A stretch of DNA of 64,000 nucleotides, taken from the NCBI GenBank assembly GCA_963757355.1, contig CAVWRG010000003.1, positions 2,609,842 through 2,673,841 on the forward strand. Reading direction: 5' to 3'. The position numbers and the translations under genes were made by a program. Below, piece by piece: positions 7,755 through 17,104 of this stretch. Source of the stretch: an uncultured Acidobacteriota bacterium. Its GTDB lineage: Bacteria > Acidobacteriota > Vicinamibacteria > Vicinamibacterales > CAVVIG01. Below the pieces are notes generated by a model. The model saw only the letters and a list, made by a program, of their open reading frames with translations. It was not told the origin of the DNA and ran no database searches. How positions within the stretch are numbered: position 1 is the stretch's first letter; every line of letters starts with the position of its first letter.

Positions 7755-9959
7755 TCACGACGCGTGACGCTTCACGCGGCGCTTGCTCTTGGACTCCGTG
7801 TAACGCGACACGCTCGACAGGTCTGCGCCTTTCGATTGGCGCAGCGCCTCCCAGAGATCGCCGACGCGCGCAAACCGCTCGGGCGCTGTCTGGATCGTGA
7901 AGTCTTCGCGGCGCACGCCCTCGTCGACCTCCTGCCACGTGAGCGGCGTCGAGACGCCGGCGTAGGCGCTCGCCCGTGCGCTGTATGCGGCGGCGAGCGT
8001 CTTGCCCATGATGTTCTGGAGGTAGTCGACGTAGACGCGCGCGCCGCGGAGGCGCACGGTGCGCTCGACCGTCGCGATCTTCGGGTGCTTCTGCGCGACG
8101 ACCGTCGCGACGATCTGGGAGAAGATCAGGCCCGCGTCGTACGGCGTCTTCGGCGGGAGCGGAATATAGATGTGCAGCCCGTCGGCGCCGGACGTCTTCG
8201 GGCAGGCGGGGACGCCGAGCGCGTCGAGCTCGTCGCGAATCCAGCGCGCCACCTCGAGCACCTTGCTGAACGGCAGACCATCGGCCGGATCGAGGTCGAG
8301 CGCGACGTGATCGGCGAATTGCGGCGTGCCGACACGGGAAAACCACGGGTCCTGCGAGATCGCGGCGAGCTGTGTCATGTACAGCAGCGTGTCCACCTGA
8401 CCGCCGATGATTTGCGGCCGCCGTTCGGCCGCTCCCACCGTCTCCACGCGGACGCCGTCCGGCACGCTTGGTGCGCGATGCTGATAGAAGGGCGCGCCGG
8501 TGATGCCGTTGGGAAAGCGCTTCATGACAAGCGGTCGATCGGCCACCGCCGGCAGAATGAACGGCGCGGCCTGCGCGTAGTAGCGGAGGAGATCGCCTTT
8601 CGTCAGCTTTTGCTTCGGCCAGAAAATCTTGTGCAGATTACTGACCGCCAGCCGCCGCCCGCCCGGTAGCTCGAGCACGCCGTCTTTGCGCGCGTCCTCG
8701 AGGGCGCGCAGCTGCTCGACGACTGTCCCGATTTCTTCGCTCGTTTTTCCAGTCCCTGTTCGCGGGGGCTGATCGGACACAGCCACGCGATTCGACGTCT
8801 GGTGCAGCCGCGTCTGCGGCTCGCGTCTCACGTCTTCCGGCTTCTTGTCGTCGCGCAGTCCGAGGTAAACCGGATGCCGGAGCTTTCCGTCGGCCGTCCA
8901 CTCGGTGAATTTGATTTGCGCGACGAGCGACGGCTTGACCCAGTGGGGCCGCTCATTCGTCTTCGGCTGCGGCTGAAACGGACACTTCGTCGTTTCGATC
9001 CGCTTGAGCCGGGTCATCACCCGCGCGAGCTCGCTCTCGTTGAATCCCGTGCCCGTGTGGCCGACGTACACAAGGGATTTGGGATTTGGGATTTGGGATT
9101 CGCGGGATTCGTAGGACTCGCGGGATTCGTTGGACTCGCGGGATCCGGGGGATTCGTGGGACCCGCGGGATTCGTGGGACTCGCGGGATTCGCGGGATTC
9201 GTGGGACTCTCGGGATTCGTTGGACTCGCGCGATTCGCCTGCGTACACCCCGAGCAGCAGCGCGCCGAAGTAGGCGCGTGATTCGCGCGGCTCGGTCCAG
9301 CCGCCGACGACGAACTCTTGTTCGTGCACGATCTTCAGCTTGCGCCAGTCCGGCGAGCGCCTGCCCGATTTGTAGAGCGACGCCGCGTCTTTGGCGATCA
9401 GCCCCTCCCAGCCGTGGTCGAGCGCGCGCTGGTACAGCGCGCGGCCGTCGCCGCGGATCATCTCGCTGAGGCGCAGCAGTGGCGACTGTGTGTGGCCGAA
9501 GATCCGCTCGAGCGCGGCGCGCCGTTCGAGCAGCGGGCGGCTACGAAGATCCTGCGCGCCGTCGCGCAGGATATCGAACGCCATGAACGCGGTGCCCCGA
9601 CTCGGGCCGCCGTGCTCGCCCGTGAGATGGATCCGTCCCTGCAGCTGCTGAAAGCCGGCGGGCTCGCCCTTTGCGTCGAGCGCGACGATCTCGCCGTCCA
9701 GGACGAGCGGCTGATTGCGCTTCGCCGCCCATTTCTCGAGCGCCGCCGCGATCTCCGGAAACTGGTGCGTCTTCTCATTACCGAGCCGCGACCAGAGGCG
9801 AACACGGGGGCGGGTCTCCGTACTACCCGCGGAGCCCCGTCCCCCTATTTCCGCGATCGCGCGGATGCCGTCGTATTTCGGCTCGTAGACAAGATGCGGA
9901 TCCTGCAATGGTGCATCGACGAGCGACGCGAACATCGGCGACAACGCAGGGGGCTTCAC
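7755..9959 (-). CDS. ligD: DNA ligase D (ATP-dependent ligase domain + C-terminal polymerase/primase domain), carrying an internal repeat-encoded insertion
   Basis: Ligase motif I is EPKYDGIRA, followed by an OB-fold region ([11 protein letters not shown]). The LigD Pol domain is seen as [30 protein letters not shown]. ku lies immediately upstream on the same strand. Confidence 0.9.
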   Translation of the reverse strand: MKPPALSPMFASLVDAPLQDPHLVYEPKYDGIRAIAEIGGRGSAGSTETRPRVRLWSRLGNEKTHQFPEIAAALEKWAAKRNQPLVLDGEIVALDAKGEPAGFQQLQGRIHLTGEHGGPSRGTAFMAFDILRDGAQDLRSRPLLERRAALERIFGHTQSPLLRLSEMIRGDGRALYQRALDHGWEGLIAKDAASLYKSGRRSPDWRKLKIVHEQEFVVGGWTEPRESRAYFGALLLGVYAGESRESNESRESHESRESRESHESRGSHESPGSRESNESRESYESRESQIPNPKSLVYVGHTGTGFNESELARVMTRLKRIETTKCPFQPQPKTNERPHWVKPSLVAQIKFTEWTADGKLRHPVYLGLRDDKKPEDVRREPQTRLHQTSNRVAVSDQPPRTGTGKTSEEIGTVVEQLRALEDARKDGVLELPGGRRLAVSNLHKIFWPKQKLTKGDLLRYYAQAAPFILPAVADRPLVMKRFPNGITGAPFYQHRAPSVPDGVRVETVGAAERRPQIIGGQVDTLLYMTQLAAISQDPWFSRVGTPQFADHVALDLDPADGLPFSKVLEVARWIRDELDALGVPACPKTSGADGLHIYIPLPPKTPYDAGLIFSQIVATVVAQKHPKIATVERTVRLRGARVYVDYLQNIMGKTLAAAYSARASAYAGVSTPLTWQEVDEGVRREDFTIQTAPERFARVGDLWEALRQSKGADLSSVSRYTESKSKRRVKRHAS
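9074..9238. repeat. GGGATT(T/C)-based simple repeat block (165 bp) inside ligD, translated in frame
   Basis: GGGATTT x3, then GGGATTC and repeated CGCGGGATTCGTGGGACT units. On the coding strand it encodes [54 protein letters not shown]. Confidence 0.9.
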
Positions 9960-10065
9960 AGGGCAGATTTCAGATGACAGATCTCAGATCGTGGGGCACA
10001 TCGCGAATCACCGGCGTTGCAATGCGCCATCATCGATCAGCGGTTGGCAATTGGCAATCCGCAGT

Positions 10066-10956
10066 TCAGGCAGCCCGCGTGCGCTTCTTCGGGGTGCGTT
10101 TGGCCGTGCGGCCGCCCGCCTGTGCGCCGGTCCGCTTTGCACCGGCCTTCGATCGGCCCGTGCGGGCGCGCGCGCCGCCTCGCCCACCGCTCTCGGCCAG
10201 GCTGCGCCGCAGCCGTTCCATCAGGTCGACCACTTCCGCCTGACGCGGCGTCTCTTCGGGCGCCAGCGCGACCTGCCGGCCTTTCATCTTCGCCTTGATG
10301 ATTCGCATCAGGTTCGCGCGGTACTCGTCCGTGTATTTGGCCGGATTCCATTCTGCGGCGAGGCTGTTGACGAGCGACTTGGCCATGTCGAGCTCCGACT
10401 TGCGCACGTGCGTGCTGGCCGGGAAGTCGAACTGCGACTCGTCGGCGAGCTCCTGGGCGAACCGCATCACGCTCAGCACCAGCGCGCGATCGATCGCCTC
10501 GACGGCCGCCAGATGCTGTACGTCGCGCAGAATGAACTTCGCGATGCCGATGCGGCCCGACTCACTGATCGCCTCGCGCAGCAGCGCGTATGCGCGTTCG
10601 CCGCCCTTGGCCGGCGTCAGATAATACGGCGTCTCGAAGAAGCGGTCGTCGATCTCCTGCGCCTTGACGAAGTCGATGATGTCGATCGTCCGCGTCTTCT
10701 CGACCGCCGCGGCTTTGAAATCATCTTTCGTCAGGACGACGAAGTGGCCCTTCTGGTATTCGAAGCCCTTCACCAGATCCTGCCAGGCGACCGGGTGCCC
10801 GTCGCGAATGCACACCCGCTCGAAGCGCACGGGCGATTTGTCCGTCGCGTGCAGCATCCGGAAGTGCGGCCGCGTGTCGCGAACCGCCGTATGGAGCTCG
10901 ATCGGAATGTTGACGAGGCCGAACGAGATCGATCCTTTCCAGAGCGCGCGAGGCAT
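10066..10956 (-). CDS. ku: Ku protein (non-homologous end joining)
   Basis: MPRALWKGSISFGLVNIPIELHTA.. is the canonical bacterial Ku N-terminus, and the C-terminal tail is basic. Adjacent to ligD. Confidence 0.95.
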   Translation of the reverse strand: MPRALWKGSISFGLVNIPIELHTAVRDTRPHFRMLHATDKSPVRFERVCIRDGHPVAWQDLVKGFEYQKGHFVVLTKDDFKAAAVEKTRTIDIIDFVKAQEIDDRFFETPYYLTPAKGGERAYALLREAISESGRIGIAKFILRDVQHLAAVEAIDRALVLSVMRFAQELADESQFDFPASTHVRKSELDMAKSLVNSLAAEWNPAKYTDEYRANLMRIIKAKMKGRQVALAPEETPRQAEVVDLMERLRRSLAESGGRGGARARTGRSKAGAKRTGAQAGGRTAKRTPKKRTRAA

Positions 10957-10971
10957 TTGGTGACACCCGCA

Positions 10972-11077
10972 ATTGGTAAATTGGTGATTTGGTAAATTGG
11001 TGATTTGGTGATTGGTGATTTGGTGAATCCCTCACTCACCAAAACTCACCAACTCACCAACTTACCAATTCACCAAC
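10972..11077. repeat. Long imperfect palindrome: about 7 tandem TTGGT(G/A)A units followed by about 5 tandem T(C/T)ACCAA units
   Basis: Read directly. The left arm is 10972-11027, the centre ~11028-11033, and the right arm 11034-11077. It fills the gap between the ku start (10956) and the stop of the upstream gene (11080-11082). Confidence 0.9.
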
Positions 11078-11079
11078 TA

Positions 11080-11457
11080 TCATTGGCCTGTCTTGAGTTC
11101 TTTCTCCGCTTCGAGCCAGTCCTCGAAGTGCCTGCCGTCGCCGGCGCCGCGCTCGAGGTAGCGCTGATACGCGCGCTGGCGGATCTGTTCCTCGCTCGGC
11201 TCGGACGCCATCGCGGTCGATCGCGTGCGGTTGGACGAGACGTCCATCGGCGGCTCATCGACGGCGGCGCGCGCCGCGAATGTCTCTTCGGTGGGTACGT
11301 CGGCCGAGGCCTTGGTGGCCGCAGTGCGGCGGCTCGAGGCGGCGCGGCTGGTGCGTGCGCGGCGGGTCTTGGCGGGCACGGCCGGCGTGTCGCCGGCGCC
11401 CGCAGCGGGCGAGGGGTTGGTTTCGCGTGCATCCGATCGTGAATTGCGTTTGGCCAT
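11080..11457 (-). CDS. DUF2934-like protein (disordered N-terminus, conserved C-terminal helix)
   Basis: The C-terminus EEQIRQRAYQRYLERGAGDGRHFEDWLEAEKEL matches the DUF2934 signature (IRxRAYxxxxxRG...DWxxAE). Confidence 0.6.
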   Translation of the reverse strand: MAKRNSRSDARETNPSPAAGAGDTPAVPAKTRRARTSRAASSRRTAATKASADVPTEETFAARAAVDEPPMDVSSNRTRSTAMASEPSEEQIRQRAYQRYLERGAGDGRHFEDWLEAEKELKTGQ

Positions 11458-11559
11458 GAGACGTCCTTCTGTTACAAGCGGCCGGCGCCGACGCGCCGTC
11501 GGAATCGATTATGAATGCTCCAGCGGGATCTTCAAGCTGTGCGGCACCGTGTTTACAGA

Positions 11560-14500
11560 TTACTGCAGCAATTTGAGAATGCCGCGGAGCGGGATCCGGA
11601 TCCACTCGGGCCGGTTGTTCATCTCATACGTGAGCTCGTACACGGCCTTGTCCAGGACGAACGCGCCGAGCATCCGCGAAAACTCTTCTGACGCCGGCAC
11701 CAGATCCGAGGATTCCATCGTCGCTCGATATCCGGAGACGAACGCGCTGGCGGCCCAGTGCCGCCACGTATCTGCCCACGGCTCGAGGGCGGCGCCATCG
11801 TCGGGCGCGTGCACGGCGAATGCGAACAACGCCGCGTAGGCCGCGTAGCTGAACGATCGCACCATCCCGGCAACATCCTTCAGCGGCGAATATTTTGCGC
11901 GGCGCTCGGCGAGCGTCCGTACCGGCTCCCCTTCGAAGTCGAGGATCACGAAATCCTCTTCCGTGCGCAGCACCTGGCCGAGGTGATAATCGCCGTGAAT
12001 GCGGATCAGCTGACCCGCCTGCTCGAGACCGCGGATGTCGTCGAACCGCGTGAGCAGCCCGTCGCGCGCGGCGAGCAGGGCTTCGGCCTCGAGGCGGGCC
12101 GCGTCGGGCAGCGTCGCGGCGCGCGCCTGCAGGGTGTCGAGAGCTGCGGTGGCGTGGTCGCGCATCTCCGTGACGATCGCGTCGAGCGCGGCCGCGTCGA
12201 GCGGTTCCGGCGCGAACGCCGGATCGACCCCCTGCGCGAGCGTCAGATGCAGCTCGGCGGTGCGCCGGCCGAGAGTCGTGGCGCTGGCCAGATACCAGCC
12301 CTCGAGCGCCGCGAAGAAGGGCGGCGGCTGATCCCCTGTCGTCACATCGATCATTTCGGTGCGCTGCACGCGCGCGATGACGCGTTCGTAGTAGCGGCGC
12401 AGCTCGTCGATCGTGAAGTCCCAGCCCGACCCCTGATGCGTGATCGCCGCCTGGACGACGGCGAGCATGCCCGGCAAGAGTCCGGGGCGGTCGTACTCGA
12501 TCCCGCCAAGCAGCGCCGGCGCCCGGGTGAAGCCGTGCGCGGCGAGGAAGCGCCCGATCTCGAACTCCGGATTGATGGCCGGCTCGACGCGCCGGAACAG
12601 CTTCAACGCGAAGCGTTCGTCGGCGAACACGATGCTGTTGCTCTGATCGCCCGAACCGCGAACCCATTTGCGTTCCGCGGCCCGTTCGAAATGAGAAGCC
12701 GTCAGCAGTCCGCGGACGGTGCCGCGCGCCGTGGCCAGCTCGCTGGCGCCATCCACCATGCCGAGGATCCGTTCGCACGTGTCGTCGTCGAACAATCCGT
12801 CGACGATCGCGCCTTTGCGGGCGCCGGTGACGCGGGCGAGGACGGCGGTGGGCGCTTCCTTGAGTGCGCGATCCGCCGACTCGCCGGCGAGCATGGTGAG
12901 CGGCACGAAATACGCCTCGTTCGGGCCTTCGCTGTACTCGACCGCGATGATGGCGAGGAACGCCGGGTGCGCGCCTTTGCGGATAGGGGTCCAATCGCTG
13001 AAATGGGCCTGGCGAATCTGCCGCGACTTCGCGCCGAACCAGCGCTGGCGCTGGAGGAACGCGCCCAGCGCCTGCTTCTCGAGCACGCCGCGCGTGGCCC
13101 CGTCGAGCAGGCCTTCCCAGTCGACGCCGATGAAGATCGACGGCATTGCCTGCAGCGTCGCGGCGATGGCATCGGGCGACGCGAGCGCGCGCGGCGTCAT
13201 CTGCATCGTGTCCTGCTGCAAGGTGAACCAGTACGCGGCGTACGCGCCGAGCGTCAGGAAATACGGGCGATCGGTGATGCGCGGAAACTCAGTGAGCCCC
13301 GCCATCTCGACCGGAATCAGGCCGGCGTGCGCGGAGAGATCGAGCTCGGCGGGCTGTATCGAGCGCGAGAGGTTCGCGACGACCAGAACCGTCTCGCGCT
13401 CGTCGCGCCGCAAAAACGCGAGCACCTTGCGGTTGGAGCCGTAGATGAACTCGAGCGATCCGCGGCCGAACACGCGATGCTGTTTGCGCATCGCGATCAG
13501 CCGCTTCATCCAGTTCAGGTACGAGAAGGGCGACCGCTCCTGTGCTTCGACGTTGATCGACTGGTAGCCGTACACCGGATCCATGATCGCCGGCGCGAAG
13601 AGGCGGGCGGGATCGGCGCGCGAGAAGCCGCCGTTGCGATCGCTGCTCCACTGCATCGGCGTGCGGACGCCATTGCGGTCGCCGAGATAGATGTTGTCGC
13701 CCATCCCGATTTCGTCGCCGTAATAGACGATCGGGGTCCCGGGAAACGAGAAGAGCAGCGCGTTCATCAGCTCGGAGCGGCGCCGGCTGTTCTCGAGCAG
13801 CGGCGCCAGCCGCCGGCGAATGCCGACGTTGAGCCGCATCTTCGGATCGGCGGCGTACGCCTGGTACATGTAGTCGCGCTCTTCGTCGGTGACCATTTCG
13901 AGCGTCAGCTCGTCGTGGTTTCGGAGGAAGAGCGCCCATTGGCAGCTGTCCGGGATGTCGGGCGTCTGGTTGAGAATCTCCGTGACGGCGTGCCGGTCCT
14001 CCTGTTGCAGCGCCATGAACATGCGCGGCATCAGCGGAAAGTGGAACGCCATGTGGCACTCGTCGCCCTCGCCGAAATACGCGCGGACGTCGGAGGGCCA
14101 CTGATTCGCCTCGGCCAGCAGCATCCGGTTCGTGTAGGCGGCATCGAGCGTGCGGCGGATGCGCCGGAGGACGGCGTGCGTCTCCGGCAGGTTCTCGTTG
14201 TTGGTCCCTTCCCGGACGCACAGGTACGGCACGGCGTCGAGTCGCAGCGCATCGACGCCCAGATCGAGCCAGAACTTCATCACGTCGATCACCGCATCGA
14301 CGACCGCGGGATTGTTGTGGTTCAGGTCCGGCTGGTGCGCGAAGAATCGATGCCAGTAGTACTGCTTGGCGACGGCGTCATAGGTCCAGTTCGATTTTTC
14401 CGTGTCGGTGAAGATGATGCGCGTTTCCGGAAAGGCGCGGTCCGTGTCGCTCCACACGTAAAAGGCGCGCTCGGGGGAGCCGGGGGGCGCGTGCCGCGCG

Positions 14501-14904
14501 CGCTCGAACCACGGGTGCTGATCCGACGTGTGATTGATGACCAGCTCGATCAGGATCCGGATGTGCCGCGCGTGCGCCGCGCCGACCAGCCGGGTGAAAT
14601 CGTCGAGCGTCCCGTAGGCTGGATGGACGTTCCGGTAGTCCGCGATGTCGTAGCCATCGTCGCGCAGCGGCGACGGGAAGAACGGGAGCAGCCAGAGGCA
14701 GGTGACGCCGAGGCCCTGGAGGTAATCGAGCTTCTGCGTGATGCCCTGAAAATCACCCACGCCGTCGTTGTCGCTGTCGAAGAACGATTTGACGTGCGCC
14801 TGGTAGATGATCGCGTCCTTGTACCAGAGCGGATCGTCCACGCCGGGCGCGGACGTCCTCACGGCGTCAGTGGGGAGGGCCAAATTCGGGGTCTCGAGCG
14901 CCAT
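11560..14904 (-). CDS. treS: Trehalose synthase / maltokinase fusion (TreS-Pep2)
   Basis: Starts at MALETPN (ATG complement 14902-14904). GH13 motifs are WYKDAIIYQAHVKSF, GVDALRLDAVPY, EANQWP and FLRNHDELTLE. The C-terminal half is kinase-like (IHGDYHLGQVL). About 1114 aa, as expected for the fusion. Confidence 0.9.
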   Translation of the reverse strand: MALETPNLALPTDAVRTSAPGVDDPLWYKDAIIYQAHVKSFFDSDNDGVGDFQGITQKLDYLQGLGVTCLWLLPFFPSPLRDDGYDIADYRNVHPAYGTLDDFTRLVGAAHARHIRILIELVINHTSDQHPWFERARHAPPGSPERAFYVWSDTDRAFPETRIIFTDTEKSNWTYDAVAKQYYWHRFFAHQPDLNHNNPAVVDAVIDVMKFWLDLGVDALRLDAVPYLCVREGTNNENLPETHAVLRRIRRTLDAAYTNRMLLAEANQWPSDVRAYFGEGDECHMAFHFPLMPRMFMALQQEDRHAVTEILNQTPDIPDSCQWALFLRNHDELTLEMVTDEERDYMYQAYAADPKMRLNVGIRRRLAPLLENSRRRSELMNALLFSFPGTPIVYYGDEIGMGDNIYLGDRNGVRTPMQWSSDRNGGFSRADPARLFAPAIMDPVYGYQSINVEAQERSPFSYLNWMKRLIAMRKQHRVFGRGSLEFIYGSNRKVLAFLRRDERETVLVVANLSRSIQPAELDLSAHAGLIPVEMAGLTEFPRITDRPYFLTLGAYAAYWFTLQQDTMQMTPRALASPDAIAATLQAMPSIFIGVDWEGLLDGATRGVLEKQALGAFLQRQRWFGAKSRQIRQAHFSDWTPIRKGAHPAFLAIIAVEYSEGPNEAYFVPLTMLAGESADRALKEAPTAVLARVTGARKGAIVDGLFDDDTCERILGMVDGASELATARGTVRGLLTASHFERAAERKWVRGSGDQSNSIVFADERFALKLFRRVEPAINPEFEIGRFLAAHGFTRAPALLGGIEYDRPGLLPGMLAVVQAAITHQGSGWDFTIDELRRYYERVIARVQRTEMIDVTTGDQPPPFFAALEGWYLASATTLGRRTAELHLTLAQGVDPAFAPEPLDAAALDAIVTEMRDHATAALDTLQARAATLPDAARLEAEALLAARDGLLTRFDDIRGLEQAGQLIRIHGDYHLGQVLRTEEDFVILDFEGEPVRTLAERRAKYSPLKDVAGMVRSFSYAAYAALFAFAVHAPDDGAALEPWADTWRHWAASAFVSGYRATMESSDLVPASEEFSRMLGAFVLDKAVYELTYEMNNRPEWIRIPLRGILKLLQ

Positions 14905-14935
14905 ATCGCTATCCTGGCGGAACCAGCTGTTTTTC

Positions 14936-14988
14936 GTAGGGGCCGACCGACGTGTCGGCCCGGGCGGACAAAGCAGGTCCGCCCCTAC
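14936..14988. other. Nested GC-rich hairpin element between glgE stop and treS start
   Basis: The sequence is GTAGGGGCCGACCGACGTGTCGGCCCGGGCGGACAAAGCAGGTCCGCCCCTAC. Inner stems are GGCCGAC/GTCGGCC and GGGCGGAC/GTCCGCCC, and the outer stem is GTAGGGGC/GCCCCTAC. It overlaps the glgE stop codon (14985-14987). Confidence 0.6.
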
Positions 14989-17052
14989 GACGTATTCGTG
15001 AGCGCCAGAATGTGTCCCTGGCGGACATCCGGATCGAAGCGCACGTAGTTCCAGCCGCCGCGCCACGCGTACGTCGTGTCGTCGAGCAGATCGTGCGCGG
15101 CGAAAAAATCGGCGCCGGGAACGGAGACCTCGACGTGGCCGTGCTGCATGTGGTGGGGATCGAGGTTGACGATCGTCAGCACCACGTCTGAGCCGTCGGG
15201 CGCCGCCTTGCTGTACGCGATGATCTCGGGGTTGTCGGTCGCGTGGAAGCGCAGCGGCCAGCCGTATTGCAGCGCAGGATGCTGCCGCCGGATCGTGTTG
15301 ACCCGCGCGATGAGCTCTTTGATGTTGCCGGGCCGATCGCGGTCCCATCGTCTGATCTGATATTTTTCCGAGTCGGCGTATTCCTCCGTGCCCGGAATCG
15401 CCTGGCCCTCGCACAGCTCGAAGCCGCTGTAGATGCCATAGCTGGCGCCGAGCGTCGCGGCCAGCAGCAGCCGCGCTTGAAACGCAGGGCGCCCGCCGCT
15501 CTGCAGATAGGCGTGGAGGATGTCCGGCGTGTTCGCGAACAGGTTCGGACGGAGATACTCGCGCACGCTCGACGCGGTCAGCTCCGTGAAATACTCGGTG
15601 AGCTCCGGCTTCGTATTCCGCCAGGTGAAATACGTGTACGACTGCGTGAAGCCGGCCTTGGCCAGATAGCGCATCACCGCGGGGCGGGTGAACGCCTCGG
15701 CGAGAAAGATCACGTCCGGATGCTGCGCGTGCACTTCGGCGATCGCCCACTCCCAGAAGCCGAACGTCTTCGTGTGCGGGTTGTCCACGCGGAAAATGCG
15801 GACGCCCTGGTCGACCCAGAACAACGTCACGTCGAGCAGCGCCCGCCAGAGCGATCGCCACTCGTCGCACGCGAAATCGAAGGGGTAGATATCCTGATAC
15901 TTCTTCGGAGGGTTTTCCGCGTACTTGATCGTGCCGTCGGGGCGGTGGCGAAACCACTCCGGATGCTCGCGCACCCAGGGATGATCGGGCGAGCACTGCC
16001 AGGCGAGATCGAGCGCGATCTCGAGGCCATGCCGCTCGGCGGTCCGGCGGAACGACGCGAAATCGTCGAGCGTGCCCAGGCCCGGATCGATCGCCGTGTG
16101 CCCGCCGTCGGCCGATCCGATCGCCCACGGGCTGCCCGGATCGTTCGGCCCGGCCGTCAGGCTGTTGTTGCGTCCCTTGCGGAAGCTGCGCCCGATCGGA
16201 TGAATCGGCGGCAGATAGAGCACGTCGAACCCGAGATCGGCGATGACTGCGAGCAGCAGGCAGGCGTCCCTGAAGGTTCCGCCGTGGTCGCCGTTGCCGG
16301 CCGACCGCGGAAACATCTCGTACCATGCGCCGACGCGCGCCCGCTCGCGATCCACCCAGACGCGCGATGTGTGCGACGTCGTCGCCTGCGATCGGTCGGC
16401 GTAGAGCCGCATCAACCGCGCGAGCTCGCCGCCGGCCGCCGTAGACACGCGATCGGCGATCGGCGTCGCCGCGCTGAGCGCTGCGGCTTGCGCGAGCAGC
16501 CAGCTCGCATCCGCGACGCCCGATCCGATCTCTTCTGCGCGCGCTGCCGCACTGCGCACGAGGAGCGCCCCCTCGAGCAGGTCGACGCTCACGTCCTGGC
16601 CTGCGCGCGCCTTGATCGCAAGATCCCGGCGCCAGGAGCCGAACCGATCGATCCAGGCGACGATGTCGTACTCGTGCCAGCCGATCGCGCCGACGTCAAA
16701 TCGCCCGGTCCATTCGTCAGTGCCGGGCGCCGCCGGCGTCAGCGGCGTCTCATGCCACTCAGTGGATGGGATTCGGGATTGGGGATTCGGGATTCGCGCG
16801 GATTCGTCGCCGTCCGCCGCATTGAGGTTGGCAAATCCCAAATCCCGAATCCCGAATCCCGGTCATGCAGCGGTCCCGTAAGACCGCCGCGATCAGGTCG
16901 TGACTGTCGGCGAAGATCTGTGCGGCGACGTCGACCGATTCGCCCACCGTGCGCTTGATGGCGAAGCGCCCATCGTCGATGCGCGGGCGGACGCGGTCGA
17001 TGATCACGCGGCGGCTCATGGCTTCTGTGGGATCCGGCACCTCTGTTTTCAT
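14985..17052 (-). CDS. glgE: Alpha-1,4-glucan:maltose-1-phosphate maltosyltransferase GlgE. The reading frame changes inside an internal palindromic repeat (ORFs 16759..17052 and 14985..16841)
   Basis: The N-terminal ORF has RVIIDRVRPRIDDGRFAIKRTVGESVDVAAQIFADSHD (GlgE N-domain). The main ORF has WYEMFPRS, YLPPIHPIG, IFRVDNPHTK, FLAEAFTRP and FFANTPD. The two ORFs overlap in different frames at 16759-16841. Confidence 0.85.
16768..16860. repeat. Palindromic GGGATTC-oligomer element inside glgE
   Basis: The left arm is GGGATTCGGGATTGGGGATTCGGGATTCGCGCGGATTCG (16768-16806), followed by a ~25-nt spacer. The right arm is CAAATCCCAAATCCCGAATCCCGAATCCC (16832-16860). Confidence 0.9.
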
Positions 17053-17104
17053 CTACCCTCGAACGACGTCGGCGCCGCGATGGCTCGCGCGAGCGCTCCA
17101 GCCG

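Noticed and set aside
9074-9110. Telomere-like repeat (GGGATTT)n
   Set aside because: GGGATTT is the reverse of the plant-type TTTAGGG repeat, not the repeat itself or its complement. It is also internal to a conserved gene and translated in frame, so it is not a chromosome end.
11758-15048. 1096-aa ORF on the plus strand
   Set aside because: It is an antisense shadow of treS-mak in a high-GC genome. Its composition is Arg/Gly/Asp/Glu-rich low complexity with no motifs, while the opposite strand encodes a complete, motif-rich TreS-Pep2.
14905-16326. N-terminal ~470-aa extension of the 1588-aa ORF 11560..16326
   Set aside because: The extension overlaps glgE out of frame and is Arg/Pro/Ala-rich nonsense. 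The conserved TreS N-terminus (PLWYKDAIIYQ) follows shortly after the internal ATG at 14904.
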